Shown: piece by piece, positions 16,935 to 24,773 of the stretch
Numbering within the stretch: the first letter of the stretch is position 1
Layout of the letters: the number at the start of each line of letters is the position of its first letter
Origin: a virus
DNA: 39,207 nt
Virus genome (UHGV): UHGV-1357020
Reading direction: 5' to 3' (one strand)
Program-made: the position numbers and the translations under genes
Notes under the pieces: model-generated
Database searches by the model: none
Told to the model about the DNA's origin: nothing
What the model saw: the letters and a program-made list of their open reading frames with translations, nothing else

Positions 16935-17220
16935 GAAGAAAGTTAGAGAAGCGATAGAGTATTTTAAAATAATGTTATTCGATATGGAAGGAATGGGATT
17001 TAAGCATATTCCTAAATATTATGAAACTGCAATTGAAGCACTGGAAAAGCAGTTGCCGAAGAGACCTAGGGAAAATGGAATGAGTGATGGCTTAATTAAG
17101 AAAACAAAATATTACACTTGTCAGACTTGCGGTAACTGTCTGTTGACAGAAATGATGAATGAAAGACAGAACACAAACTATTGTTGGGATTGCGGACAGA
17201 GATTAGATTGGAGTGAGTAG
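16927..17220 (+). CDS. hypothetical zinc-ribbon protein (CQTCGNC ... CWDCGQ)
   Basis: Two CxxC pairs near the C-terminus. GGAGG RBS. Confidence 0.45.
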   Translation: MDEKKVREAIEYFKIMLFDMEGMGFKHIPKYYETAIEALEKQLPKRPRENGMSDGLIKKTKYYTCQTCGNCLLTEMMNERQNTNYCWDCGQRLDWSE

Positions 17221-17221
17221 C

Positions 17222-17401
17222 ATGGAGGAATTAAAGAAATGCCCGTTTTGTGGCGGAGAAGCAATGCTGAAAATCCATTATGGATTTGACGAAAAAGTTA
17301 TATCAGCTTTCGTGTACTGCGAAGAATGCGGAGTCGCAACGCGAAGATGTGCTTTAGAAACAACTGCTATGGGGAAATGGAATAGGAGAGTGGAAGAATG
17401 A
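17222..17401 (+). CDS. Lar-family restriction-alleviation-like zinc-ribbon protein (MEELKKCPFCGGEAML...)
   Basis: The N-terminal LKKCPFCGG motif plus downstream CEECG is the signature of the Lar family (Rac prophage Lar). About 60 aa. Confidence 0.55.
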   Translation: MEELKKCPFCGGEAMLKIHYGFDEKVISAFVYCEECGVATRRCALETTAMGKWNRRVEE

Positions 17402-17555
17402 TTAAAGTAAAAGCGGAGGCAAATTATGGTTTTGCTGGAACAAATATGACATTTGAAGAAGAGTTTGGTGATGATGTAACTGATGAGGAAATCGAAGAAG
17501 CTATGAGAGATATGGTTATGGAACAGGTTAATTGGTCATGGGAGCGGGTTTAATT

Positions 17556-17930
17556 ATGAATAGAGAAATCCTTTTTAAAGCGAAGAGAATAGATAATGGT
17601 GAATGGGTGGAAGGGGATTTAGAGCGTACGAAATATGATGATGTAATCTGGATTGTAGATGTGCGTGGAGAAAAGTGTTATAGATGCGATTCAGACACCA
17701 TATGCCAGTACATCGGACTTACCGACAAGAACGACAAGAAAATCTGGGAGAATGATATTGTAGAACTTCCAGATGAAGAAGGTTATTTTACATGTAAATG
17801 GGAAGAAGACGCCGCAAGATTTGTTATGAATGGGGATGGATTAACTGTTGATTTTGATAACTATTGGAGTTACCAGACGGAAGTGGCAGGAAACATTTTT
17901 GACAATCCAGAGCTGTTGGAGGTGGAGTGA
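17556..17930 (+). CDS. YopX-family phage protein
   Basis: N-terminus ILFKAKRIDNGEWVEG and C-terminus GNIFDNPELLEVE match the YopX pattern. Confidence 0.65.
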   Translation: MNREILFKAKRIDNGEWVEGDLERTKYDDVIWIVDVRGEKCYRCDSDTICQYIGLTDKNDKKIWENDIVELPDEEGYFTCKWEEDAARFVMNGDGLTVDFDNYWSYQTEVAGNIFDNPELLEVE

Positions 17931-17935
17931 ATAAC

Positions 17936-18145
17936 ATGGGAGAATTAAAGAAATGCCCATTTTGCGATTCCGACAGAGGATATTATATGCTGGAAAGAGT
18001 ACATAGAGCTTTATTGTTTAATTTTGACGGTGAACCGATCGGAGGAACAGAAGATATGACAGACTATGCGGGGCGTAGAAAACAATGTATCAACTGTCAT
18101 AAGATACTCCCCAAAAAAATGTTTGAGGAAGTGATGGAAAAGTAA
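17936..18145 (+). CDS. second Lar-like zinc-ribbon protein (MGELKKCPFCDSD ... CINCH)
   Basis: Same ELKKCPFC N-terminal motif as the gene at 17222. GGAGGTGGAG RBS. Confidence 0.45.
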   Translation: MGELKKCPFCDSDRGYYMLERVHRALLFNFDGEPIGGTEDMTDYAGRRKQCINCHKILPKKMFEEVMEK

Positions 18146-18208
18146 ATTATTATTCCAAATTTCAGAAGAGCATTTGGAAAAATATTTTGAACTGTTGGAG
18201 GTGGAGTG

Positions 18209-18361
18209 ATGAAAAAATATGATATTTTAATTGCAAAATTGTATGCGTGCTGTGGAAATCAGGAAGAGTTTCCGCGTGAGCCGATTACCATTGATACTAA
18301 TAAAATGAGTGAGTTATTAGAAGGTGTATTTATAGAAGCGGGATTGTTGGAGGTAGAGTGA
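18209..18361 (+). CDS. hypothetical 50-aa protein ending in ...GLLEVE
   Basis: Preceded and followed by copies of the repeated junction sequence TGTTGGAGGTRGAGTGA. Confidence 0.35.
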   Translation: MKKYDILIAKLYACCGNQEEFPREPITIDTNKMSELLEGVFIEAGLLEVE

Positions 18362-18552
18362 TGAAAATAATGATAACTATATTGCGCAAAAATGGAGAAT
18401 GCAGAACTTGGACAAATGCAAGTGCGGAAGAACACTTAGTAATGAGTCTTACAGCTTACGCGGAAGGTGTAAAAAGATGTGCGGAATCATGGGGAAAAGA
18501 AACGGAAGAAGTGGAAAGAGTGCTGAAAGAAGCGCTGGAAAACGAGAAATAA
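18358..18552 (+). CDS. hypothetical protein (64 aa)
   Basis: ATG within the junction repeat (GTGATG). Confidence 0.4.
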   Translation: MMKIMITILRKNGECRTWTNASAEEHLVMSLTAYAEGVKRCAESWGKETEEVERVLKEALENEK

Positions 18553-18555
18553 AGT

Positions 18556-18744
18556 ATGAACGTATTAGAGAAAATCGTGGAAGAAATCGAATCCATGAAA
18601 AATGACGCCTACGAAACACTGAAGGAAGAAAAGAAAAGACATGGAGCGAGCAAAACAGCAGAAGAGCTGGAAAGCTATATGTATGGGCTGACTCGCGCAG
18701 TAGATATTGTGGAGAAGTATGTGGATAAGGAGAATGTGGAATGA
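18556..18744 (+). CDS. hypothetical protein (62 aa; N-terminus MNVLEKIVEEIE)
   Basis: Paralogous N-terminus to the next gene. Confidence 0.4.
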   Translation: MNVLEKIVEEIESMKNDAYETLKEEKKRHGASKTAEELESYMYGLTRAVDIVEKYVDKENVE

Positions 18745-19205
18745 ACGTATTAGAAAAGATTTTGGAAGAGATAGGAAATGCATCAATTAAAGTGTCTACT
18801 GTAGGATTACCGCATAAATACTTTAAAGCGATCGGAACTAAAAAGATCGAGGAAATCATCCGTTCTCACATGGACGATATTCCAAATTGCGGAGATTGCA
18901 GTCGAAGAAAGCAGTATCAGATCGGATATGAAGACGGGAAGAAAGATAAAGACTGGATTTCAGTAGAAGATAGATTGCCAGAAGATGATGATATGAGATT
19001 CTATATGTGTATTGTCGAAAATCACGAAGAGGATTTGCCGATGTTCTGCCAGTATGATAGAGAATATGGATTTGGATTTTGGCGTGATATTTACGATTCG
19101 GCAACCTTAGGATTTGTTGATACGGAGTTTAGTACAAATGATGAATTGGGGTATGAAAAGGTTGTAGCATGGCAGCCACTTCCAGAACCATACAAGGAGG
19201 AATAA
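18741..19205 (+). CDS. DUF551-like phage protein (C-terminal WQPLPEPYK)
   Basis: The C-terminal W-x-PLPEPY motif is characteristic of DUF551. The N-terminus MNVLEKILEEIG duplicates the previous gene's start. Confidence 0.5.
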   Translation: MNVLEKILEEIGNASIKVSTVGLPHKYFKAIGTKKIEEIIRSHMDDIPNCGDCSRRKQYQIGYEDGKKDKDWISVEDRLPEDDDMRFYMCIVENHEEDLPMFCQYDREYGFGFWRDIYDSATLGFVDTEFSTNDELGYEKVVAWQPLPEPYKEE

Positions 19206-19206
19206 C

Positions 19207-19398
19207 ATGGACATTTTAATCACAATCGTATTTCTGACCCTTTACTACATATTGGGACCGGGAACCGTGATTACTTTAAAGACAGGATTGGAAGAGGATG
19301 TAAAACTAGAAGGTGCGGATTACCTGATGGCTGCGGGATTCCCGATACTGCTATTTGTGGTGTTTTTGGATTGGATTGTGCGAAAGATAGTGAGGTAG
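19207..19398 (+). CDS. hypothetical 2-TM membrane protein (63 aa)
   Basis: Two hydrophobic helices. TAACATG coupling. Confidence 0.4.
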   Translation: MDILITIVFLTLYYILGPGTVITLKTGLEEDVKLEGADYLMAAGFPILLFVVFLDWIVRKIVR

Positions 19399-19402
19399 GA
19401 AG

Positions 19403-20002
19403 ATGAAAAAATTTAATTGGAACGAATTTAAAAATAAAGACAATAAGATTGCGGTGTACTGTAAGACCGAGGAAGAAGCGAAAGATTTTTGCAAGAGAAT
19501 GCATGAGCATGGGATGAAGTGGAGAGATGGAGAGAGTTATTTAGAATGTACAGAATATGGAAAACATCTCAGTGAAACATGCTATACAGGATATGGTGTA
19601 TTCGCAAGTTACGATTTTTACAAAGAACGCGAATACAAAATTTTAGAATGGAGTGATTACATGGACAAAGAATTTACCAAGGCAGATCTGAGAGATGGGA
19701 TGGTAGTTGAGCAAAGAAATGGTGAAATGTATCTTGTATTGGCCGGGATGGTAGTGAGAAGAGGCGGACGCAATCATATAGGCGGTTATGATGATGACTT
19801 GAAATGGGAAGGTTATACAGGAGGAGACATCGTTAAAGTCTATAGGATTACTCCGGAATCACTCGGATGCATAAAAGATGTGTTTATTAAAGGCAACCTC
19901 GAACTCATCTGGGAACGCACCGAATCGAAGAAAATGACTGTGGAAGAAATGAAACAGAAGCTGGAAGAGCTGACAGGAGAGGAAATTGAGGTAACGGAAT
20001 GA
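19403..20002 (+). CDS. hypothetical protein (199 aa)
   Basis: GGAAG RBS. No recognisable motif. Confidence 0.5.
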   Translation: MKKFNWNEFKNKDNKIAVYCKTEEEAKDFCKRMHEHGMKWRDGESYLECTEYGKHLSETCYTGYGVFASYDFYKEREYKILEWSDYMDKEFTKADLRDGMVVEQRNGEMYLVLAGMVVRRGGRNHIGGYDDDLKWEGYTGGDIVKVYRITPESLGCIKDVFIKGNLELIWERTESKKMTVEEMKQKLEELTGEEIEVTE

Positions 20003-20039
20003 ACAGGGAAACCATGAGACGCAGGAAGGAGAAGAGAAA

Positions 20040-20483
20040 ATGCTAATTGAAGATAAAGTGCAGATAGAAGCAGTGAAAACAAGATCGTATATGATGGGCG
20101 AGATAGACGGAAAAGTGATGATTACGCAAGGTAGATATATTGTATTTGTGAAGAAAGAAGATTTCTTGCTCGACATAGATAAGCAGAAGAAATTGCCAGA
20201 AGATGGGGTGAAACATTTTTCCACAGAAAATATTCAGAGCCAAATGAGGGCGGCCAAGTTGTCAAACAGAATGCTTACAACTGGCAAAAGCATTCTGAGA
20301 GCAATAAGAGACGAGACAACAGGGGAATACGCTTGGTTTGATAATAAATATTTGAAAATGTTTGACGGATGCACGCCAAATCTTATTAAATACCAAGGAA
20401 ACTCTGAATACTACGATGCCGTGTTTACACGCTACGGAGAAATAATAGGCATCATACTTCCTGTGAGGGTGAGTGAATGGTGA
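20040..20483 (+). CDS. hypothetical protein (147 aa)
   Basis: GAAGGAG RBS. Confidence 0.5.
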   Translation: MLIEDKVQIEAVKTRSYMMGEIDGKVMITQGRYIVFVKKEDFLLDIDKQKKLPEDGVKHFSTENIQSQMRAAKLSNRMLTTGKSILRAIRDETTGEYAWFDNKYLKMFDGCTPNLIKYQGNSEYYDAVFTRYGEIIGIILPVRVSEW

Positions 20484-20519
20484 TAATAAGCTAGATGCAG
20501 AAAGGAGACAGCGGACATC

Positions 20520-20729
20520 ATGAAGAAAATAGAAGCATACACTATGGCAACGAGAAAGCCCTGTGAGACCGCTTTAAAGCAACAGGAGCATAAAGCCTTT
20601 GCCTGTGATTTTAAAAGCCGTGAGAGGACGAATAAGGACGCTGTGGAGTACATAGCAGAGAAATACAACATAAAAGATCCTGTTCCGGGAGGTGATAGAG
20701 TTGGACAAGAAAACACTGAAAAAGTATAG
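20520..20729 (+). CDS. hypothetical protein (69 aa)
   Basis: AAAGGAG RBS 9 nt upstream. Confidence 0.4.
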   Translation: MKKIEAYTMATRKPCETALKQQEHKAFACDFKSRERTNKDAVEYIAEKYNIKDPVPGGDRVGQENTEKV

Positions 20730-21114
20730 ACCGAACAAAGATAGACTTATCCGGATTGAGAACCAGATACAAGAACTCAGTGAACGGGAATCGACTGTTG
20801 TCATGGGGAAGGTAACGGGATCCAGTGCAGATTTTCCGTACACCGAAGTGAGAACGTCTGTACAAATGTATGATCCTTACGAGGAAGAGAATATAAGACG
20901 TCAGATCAGAAGAAAAGAAGCGGACAGGCTGCGGATTCTGAAAGAGCAAAAAGAAGTCGAGGACTACATAAATGGGATTGATGATCCGGAGATTAAGGAG
21001 ATATTCGAGTTGCACTATCTTGAGGGGAAAACCCAGCAAAAAGTCGCAGATGAAATTGGATATACCCAGGCGCGAGTATCGCAGATTATAAGCGCACAGC
21101 TTAAAGATTTATAG
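20692..21114 (+). CDS. ArpU/sigma-70 region-4-like late-gene transcriptional activator. TTG at 20701 is the likely start.
   Basis: C-terminal HTH LEGKTQQKVADEIGYTQARVSQII resembles sigma-70 region 4 and ArpU-family phage late regulators. Last gene before the packaging module. Confidence 0.6.
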   Translation: MIELDKKTLKKYRPNKDRLIRIENQIQELSERESTVVMGKVTGSSADFPYTEVRTSVQMYDPYEEENIRRQIRRKEADRLRILKEQKEVEDYINGIDDPEIKEIFELHYLEGKTQQKVADEIGYTQARVSQIISAQLKDL

Positions 21115-21131
21115 CATTTATATTTTACTTA

Positions 21132-21140
21132 TGCTATAAT
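21132..21140 (+). promoter_or_regulatory. extended -10 promoter element TGcTATAAT, followed by interleaved inverted repeats (AGAAC/GTTCT and GATTGT/ACAATC, 21145..21175)
   Basis: Read from the sequence. Candidate late promoter or operator upstream of the structured RNA region and tRNA. Confidence 0.3.
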
Positions 21141-21191
21141 TATTCTAGAACGATTGTATATTGTTCTAAAACAATCTTTCCAAACATTCAG

Positions 21192-21236
21192 AACACCGCC
21201 GGACTTTTACCCTTTCTTGTCTGGCGGTGTTTTTAT
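21192..21236 (+). terminator. terminator-like hairpin AACACCGCC-loop-GGCGGTGTT followed by TTTTAT
   Basis: 9-bp GC-rich stem and T-tract. The loop is unusually large (22 nt). Confidence 0.4.
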
Positions 21237-21283
21237 GCCGTGGTCAGTTGGGACAAGCAGGTTCGATCCCTGCACACGGTTTT
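21237..21283 (+). ncRNA. degenerate tRNA-like element (acceptor-like stem, D-loop-like GTCAGTTGGGAC, perfect T-arm GCAGG-TTCGATC-CCTGC, no anticodon arm)
   Basis: The T-arm sequence is a textbook tRNA T-stem-loop. The flanks GCCGTG / CACGGT can pair as an acceptor stem. It is not a duplicate of the downstream tRNA-Asn. Confidence 0.35.
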
Positions 21284-21474
21284 GTGATGTAAGGTTTGCG
21301 GCTTACCAGCTGGGGGTTGCTGTGGGAGTGCACACCGGCTTTACATCACAAATGGTACCAAAACGCAGATATCCGCAGATTTGCAAAACAAACAAAAATA
21401 GATTCAGCAATCTATATTTAGTGTCAGTACCTGAGTGCGGATAGGGTAAAGGATGTCAATAAAAGGCATCCTAC

Positions 21475-21547
21475 GGGTGTATAGCTCAGTAGGTAGAGCA
21501 ATCGGCTGTTAACCGATGTGTCGCAGGTTCGAGTCCTGCTATACCCG
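21475..21547 (+). tRNA. tRNA-Asn (anticodon GTT), no encoded CCA
   Basis: Manual fold. Acceptor GGGTGTA/TATACCC with one G-U pair. D-arm GCTC-AGTAGGTA-GAGC. Anticodon stem ATCGG/CCGAT with loop CTGTTAA (GTT at 21508..21510). T-arm GCAGG-TTCGAGT-CCTGC. Discriminator G. Confidence 0.85.
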
Positions 21548-21740
21548 TTGTGGACTACTGCAAGTTACTCCTTTTTTTATAAAATGATCACTCAAGATTC
21601 CGAGAGATCATATAGATTTTGATTGTGTACTTGGTTATTTTGGTTTTGTTGCTGTTATAATTCTTTCATTTTGCAGTAGTCCTAAATTCTTAGCATCCAG
21701 AAATGGGTGCTTTTATTATGTTTTAAAGGTGGTGAGTCGG

Positions 21741-22208
21741 ATGGCAAAAGGTAAATATCAGGAATGGCTAGAGCCGGAAGGCTTGCTAAAGATAGAGGGA
21801 TGGGCGAGAGATGGTCTGACAGACGAGCAGATAGCAAATAACATAGGGATATCGGTATCTTGCTTGAATAACTGGAAAAACAAGTATGTGGAGATTTTGG
21901 AGTCCCTAAAAAAGGGAAAAGAAGTTGTTGATCGTCAAGTTGAGAACGCTCTGCTAAAACGTGCGCTTGGATATGAGTACACGGAAACAACCAGGGAATA
22001 CATACCGGAACTTGATGAAATGAAAACTACAAAAAAGGTCACAAAGCAAGTAGCACCGGACACGACAGCCCAGATCTTTTGGTTGAAGAACCGGAAACCG
22101 GACAAATGGAGGGATAAGCAGGAATACGAGGACAGAACAGCAATTGAGAAGCTGGATGAAATCTTGAAAGGATTGCATGACAATGCAGCTAAGCAAAAAA
22201 CAGAATGA
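21741..22208 (+). CDS. terS: terminase small subunit (HTH-containing)
   Basis: Immediately upstream of, and overlapping, the large terminase gene. Predicted HTH region LTDEQIANNIGISVSCLNNWKNKY. Confidence 0.6.
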   Translation: MAKGKYQEWLEPEGLLKIEGWARDGLTDEQIANNIGISVSCLNNWKNKYVEILESLKKGKEVVDRQVENALLKRALGYEYTETTREYIPELDEMKTTKKVTKQVAPDTTAQIFWLKNRKPDKWRDKQEYEDRTAIEKLDEILKGLHDNAAKQKTE

Positions 22209-23424
22209 ATACATCATAAACGCAACTCATAGATGGAATATCAAGTCCGGAGCGGTTCGTTCTGGAAAGTCCTTTGTAGACACTGCTTATATTGTCCCAA
22301 AAAGAATCAGAGATAGAGCTGGACTCCCCGGCTTGAATGTAATCATGGGTGTCTCCAAAGAATCCATAGAGCGAAACGTACTCCAACCGATGAGGGAAAT
22401 CTATACCAGTGATCTAATCGGGAACATTAACAACCGGAATGTGGCAAGAGTATGCGGAGAGGATGTCTATTGTCTCGGAGCAGAAAAGGTCAGTCAGGTT
22501 GCGAAGATACAGGGAGCGTCCATTAAGTACTGTTACGGCGATGAGATAGCAAAATGGAACAAAGAGGTGTTCCAGATGCTTAAATCCCGTCTCGATAAGA
22601 CGTATTCCTGTTTTGATGGAGCTTGCAACCCGGAGAATCCGACACATTGGCTAAAAGAATTTCTCGACAATAAAAAATTAGATATCTATTTGCAGAGATA
22701 CACGATTTTCGACAATCCGTTTCTAGACCCAGATTTTGTAGAAAAGCTATGTATAGAATATGACGGTACGGTTTACTATGACCGGTTGATTCTCGGTCTC
22801 TGGAAACGAGCAGAGGGAGCGATTTACCGCAAATTTGCAGATCATCCGAAAGATTTTGTCAAAGAGCCGACTGCATCCGATCTGACAGAGATTGTCATTG
22901 GCGTGGACTTTGGTGGTAATAAGTCTGGTCATTCTTTCGTGGCAAGAGGGTATGACCGAGACAATAATGTATACGGATTGAAGAGTATCCGATACATGAA
23001 TACGGACACGAAAAGGTTTAAAGAGGGAATTGATTCAAACATTCTGAATGATCTTCTTATTCAATTTGTTGATGAGGTGCAAGAAAAGTATAGAAAGGTT
23101 GATTTTATTTACTGGGATAACGCGGAGACTACGCTCGGCCAGAGTATACGGAATGCCATGATGAAAGCGCATTCGAATGTAATTGTGAGACCGGCTAAGA
23201 AAATTAGGATAAAAGACCGGATTGAGTGCGTCTTAAAGCTCATGGGAGCTGGGCGCTTTTTTATTACAGAGGATTGCGAAACATTATCGACAGCATTACA
23301 AGAAGCGGTGTGGGATGAAAAAGCATTAAAAGACGATCGTCTGGATGACGGAAGTAGTGATATTGATACACTGGATGCATTTGAGTACACGATAGAACGC
23401 GACATTAAAATGCTGACAGAGTGA
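22177..23424 (+). CDS. terL: terminase large subunit (PBSX/XtmB-like)
   Basis: Walker A GAVRSGKS near the N-terminus. 415 aa. Position after terS. C-terminal nuclease-type acidic residues. Confidence 0.9.
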   Translation: MTMQLSKKQNEYIINATHRWNIKSGAVRSGKSFVDTAYIVPKRIRDRAGLPGLNVIMGVSKESIERNVLQPMREIYTSDLIGNINNRNVARVCGEDVYCLGAEKVSQVAKIQGASIKYCYGDEIAKWNKEVFQMLKSRLDKTYSCFDGACNPENPTHWLKEFLDNKKLDIYLQRYTIFDNPFLDPDFVEKLCIEYDGTVYYDRLILGLWKRAEGAIYRKFADHPKDFVKEPTASDLTEIVIGVDFGGNKSGHSFVARGYDRDNNVYGLKSIRYMNTDTKRFKEGIDSNILNDLLIQFVDEVQEKYRKVDFIYWDNAETTLGQSIRNAMMKAHSNVIVRPAKKIRIKDRIECVLKLMGAGRFFITEDCETLSTALQEAVWDEKALKDDRLDDGSSDIDTLDAFEYTIERDIKMLTE

Positions 23425-23432
23425 GGTGCAAG

Positions 23433-24767
23433 ATGTTTAAGTTTATTAACAAGGTTATTACAGGAGTGTTTAACATGATAAGCAGAACCACGATGAAGCA
23501 GGTGTTGAGAGAATCTCCTGCAATTACAAGCACAATGGTGCAGAAAATAAATGAATGGAACAGCATGCTCTCTGGGAATGCAGACTGGTGCAAGGATTAT
23601 GTGAAGTCCCTGAGGATTGAACAGGGGATATGTAGAGAGTTTGCAGATGTTGTGCTGTCGGAAATGGAAATAAAAATATCGAACGATAAGCTCTTAAAAC
23701 TGTTTGAGAAAACCACAGAGAGCCTGAATGAGAATCTACAGGACGGTCTTGGACTTGGTTCGTTCTGCCTAAAACCCCTTGGAAATGGACAGGCAGAGTT
23801 CGTGACAGCAGATAAGTTCATCCCGGTGAGCTTTGGAAATGATGAGAAGCCGAACGATATAGTCTTTCTGGACTTCCGAAGCATAGACGATGCAAAGTAT
23901 TATGTTCGCCTGGAGCGGCACAGTATCAAAAACGGATTCCTCGAGATCACAAACGAAGCCTATTGCTCATCCACAAGATATGGATTTGACCGGAAAATCT
24001 CTCTGGAAAGCTTAGAAGCATGGGCTGGATTGCCGGAGCATGTAGCGTATCCGGGAGTTAAAGAGATGGATTTTGGGTACTACAGAAATCCGATAAAAAA
24101 CAGGGTTGACGACACGCCATGCGGTGTGTCTATTTTTGATTCCGCGATCAACCTTATTGAGAGAGCTGATGTGCAGGGAGCAAGGATAGACTGGGAATTT
24201 GAATCCGGAGAGAGGGCAATCCACGTGGACGCTGCAGCCATGAAGAGAGAGCCAGATGGACGGAATGGAGTATCTAAGCTAAACAAGCGCTTATATGTTG
24301 GAATCGACAGCGAGGAAGGGTTTTACAAAGAGTTCTCGCCGGAATTCCGGGAAGAGAATCTAATAAACGGTCTAGATAACTACCTCAGACAGATCGAGCT
24401 TGTAGTCGGACTTGCATTCGGAGATTTAAGCAATCCGCAGAGCATCGACAAGACAGCCACAGAAGTAAAAGCATCCAAAAACCGGAAGTACAACCGAGTA
24501 AAGGCGATTCAAGATAATTTAAGGGACTGCTTAGAGGATTTTGTAAGAGGTATGGCGTTCCACGAGGGGATGCTTCATTCCGGATATGAGTTTATCTGCA
24601 GTTTTAAAGATTCGATCCTGACAGACGAAGAAACGGACAGACAACTGATGCTAAATGAGATAGCAGCCGGAATCAGATCACACTGGGAGTACAGGGTTCG
24701 ATTCCTCGGGGAGGATGAAGAAACTGCAAAAGCGAATGTGCCGGATCAAGGTGGAGTAATGGAGTGA
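23433..24767 (+). CDS. portal protein (SPP1 gp6-like)
   Basis: About 445 aa, directly after terL and followed by the MuF-like gene, which is the canonical order. GTG at 23421 is an alternative start. Confidence 0.7.
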   Translation: MFKFINKVITGVFNMISRTTMKQVLRESPAITSTMVQKINEWNSMLSGNADWCKDYVKSLRIEQGICREFADVVLSEMEIKISNDKLLKLFEKTTESLNENLQDGLGLGSFCLKPLGNGQAEFVTADKFIPVSFGNDEKPNDIVFLDFRSIDDAKYYVRLERHSIKNGFLEITNEAYCSSTRYGFDRKISLESLEAWAGLPEHVAYPGVKEMDFGYYRNPIKNRVDDTPCGVSIFDSAINLIERADVQGARIDWEFESGERAIHVDAAAMKREPDGRNGVSKLNKRLYVGIDSEEGFYKEFSPEFREENLINGLDNYLRQIELVVGLAFGDLSNPQSIDKTATEVKASKNRKYNRVKAIQDNLRDCLEDFVRGMAFHEGMLHSGYEFICSFKDSILTDEETDRQLMLNEIAAGIRSHWEYRVRFLGEDEETAKANVPDQGGVME

Positions 24768-24773
24768 TAGGTA

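Noticed and set aside
18449-18859. 136-aa minus-strand ORF across the Lar/YopX downstream genes
   Set aside because: Antisense to a run of tightly coupled plus-strand genes that have RBSs. Pro/Phe/Leu-rich low-complexity product.
21154-21444. 96-aa plus-strand ORF in the region between the late activator and the tRNA
   Set aside because: No RBS. It overlaps the terminator-like hairpin, the tRNA-like element and the long stem. Sequence complexity and codon usage look non-coding.
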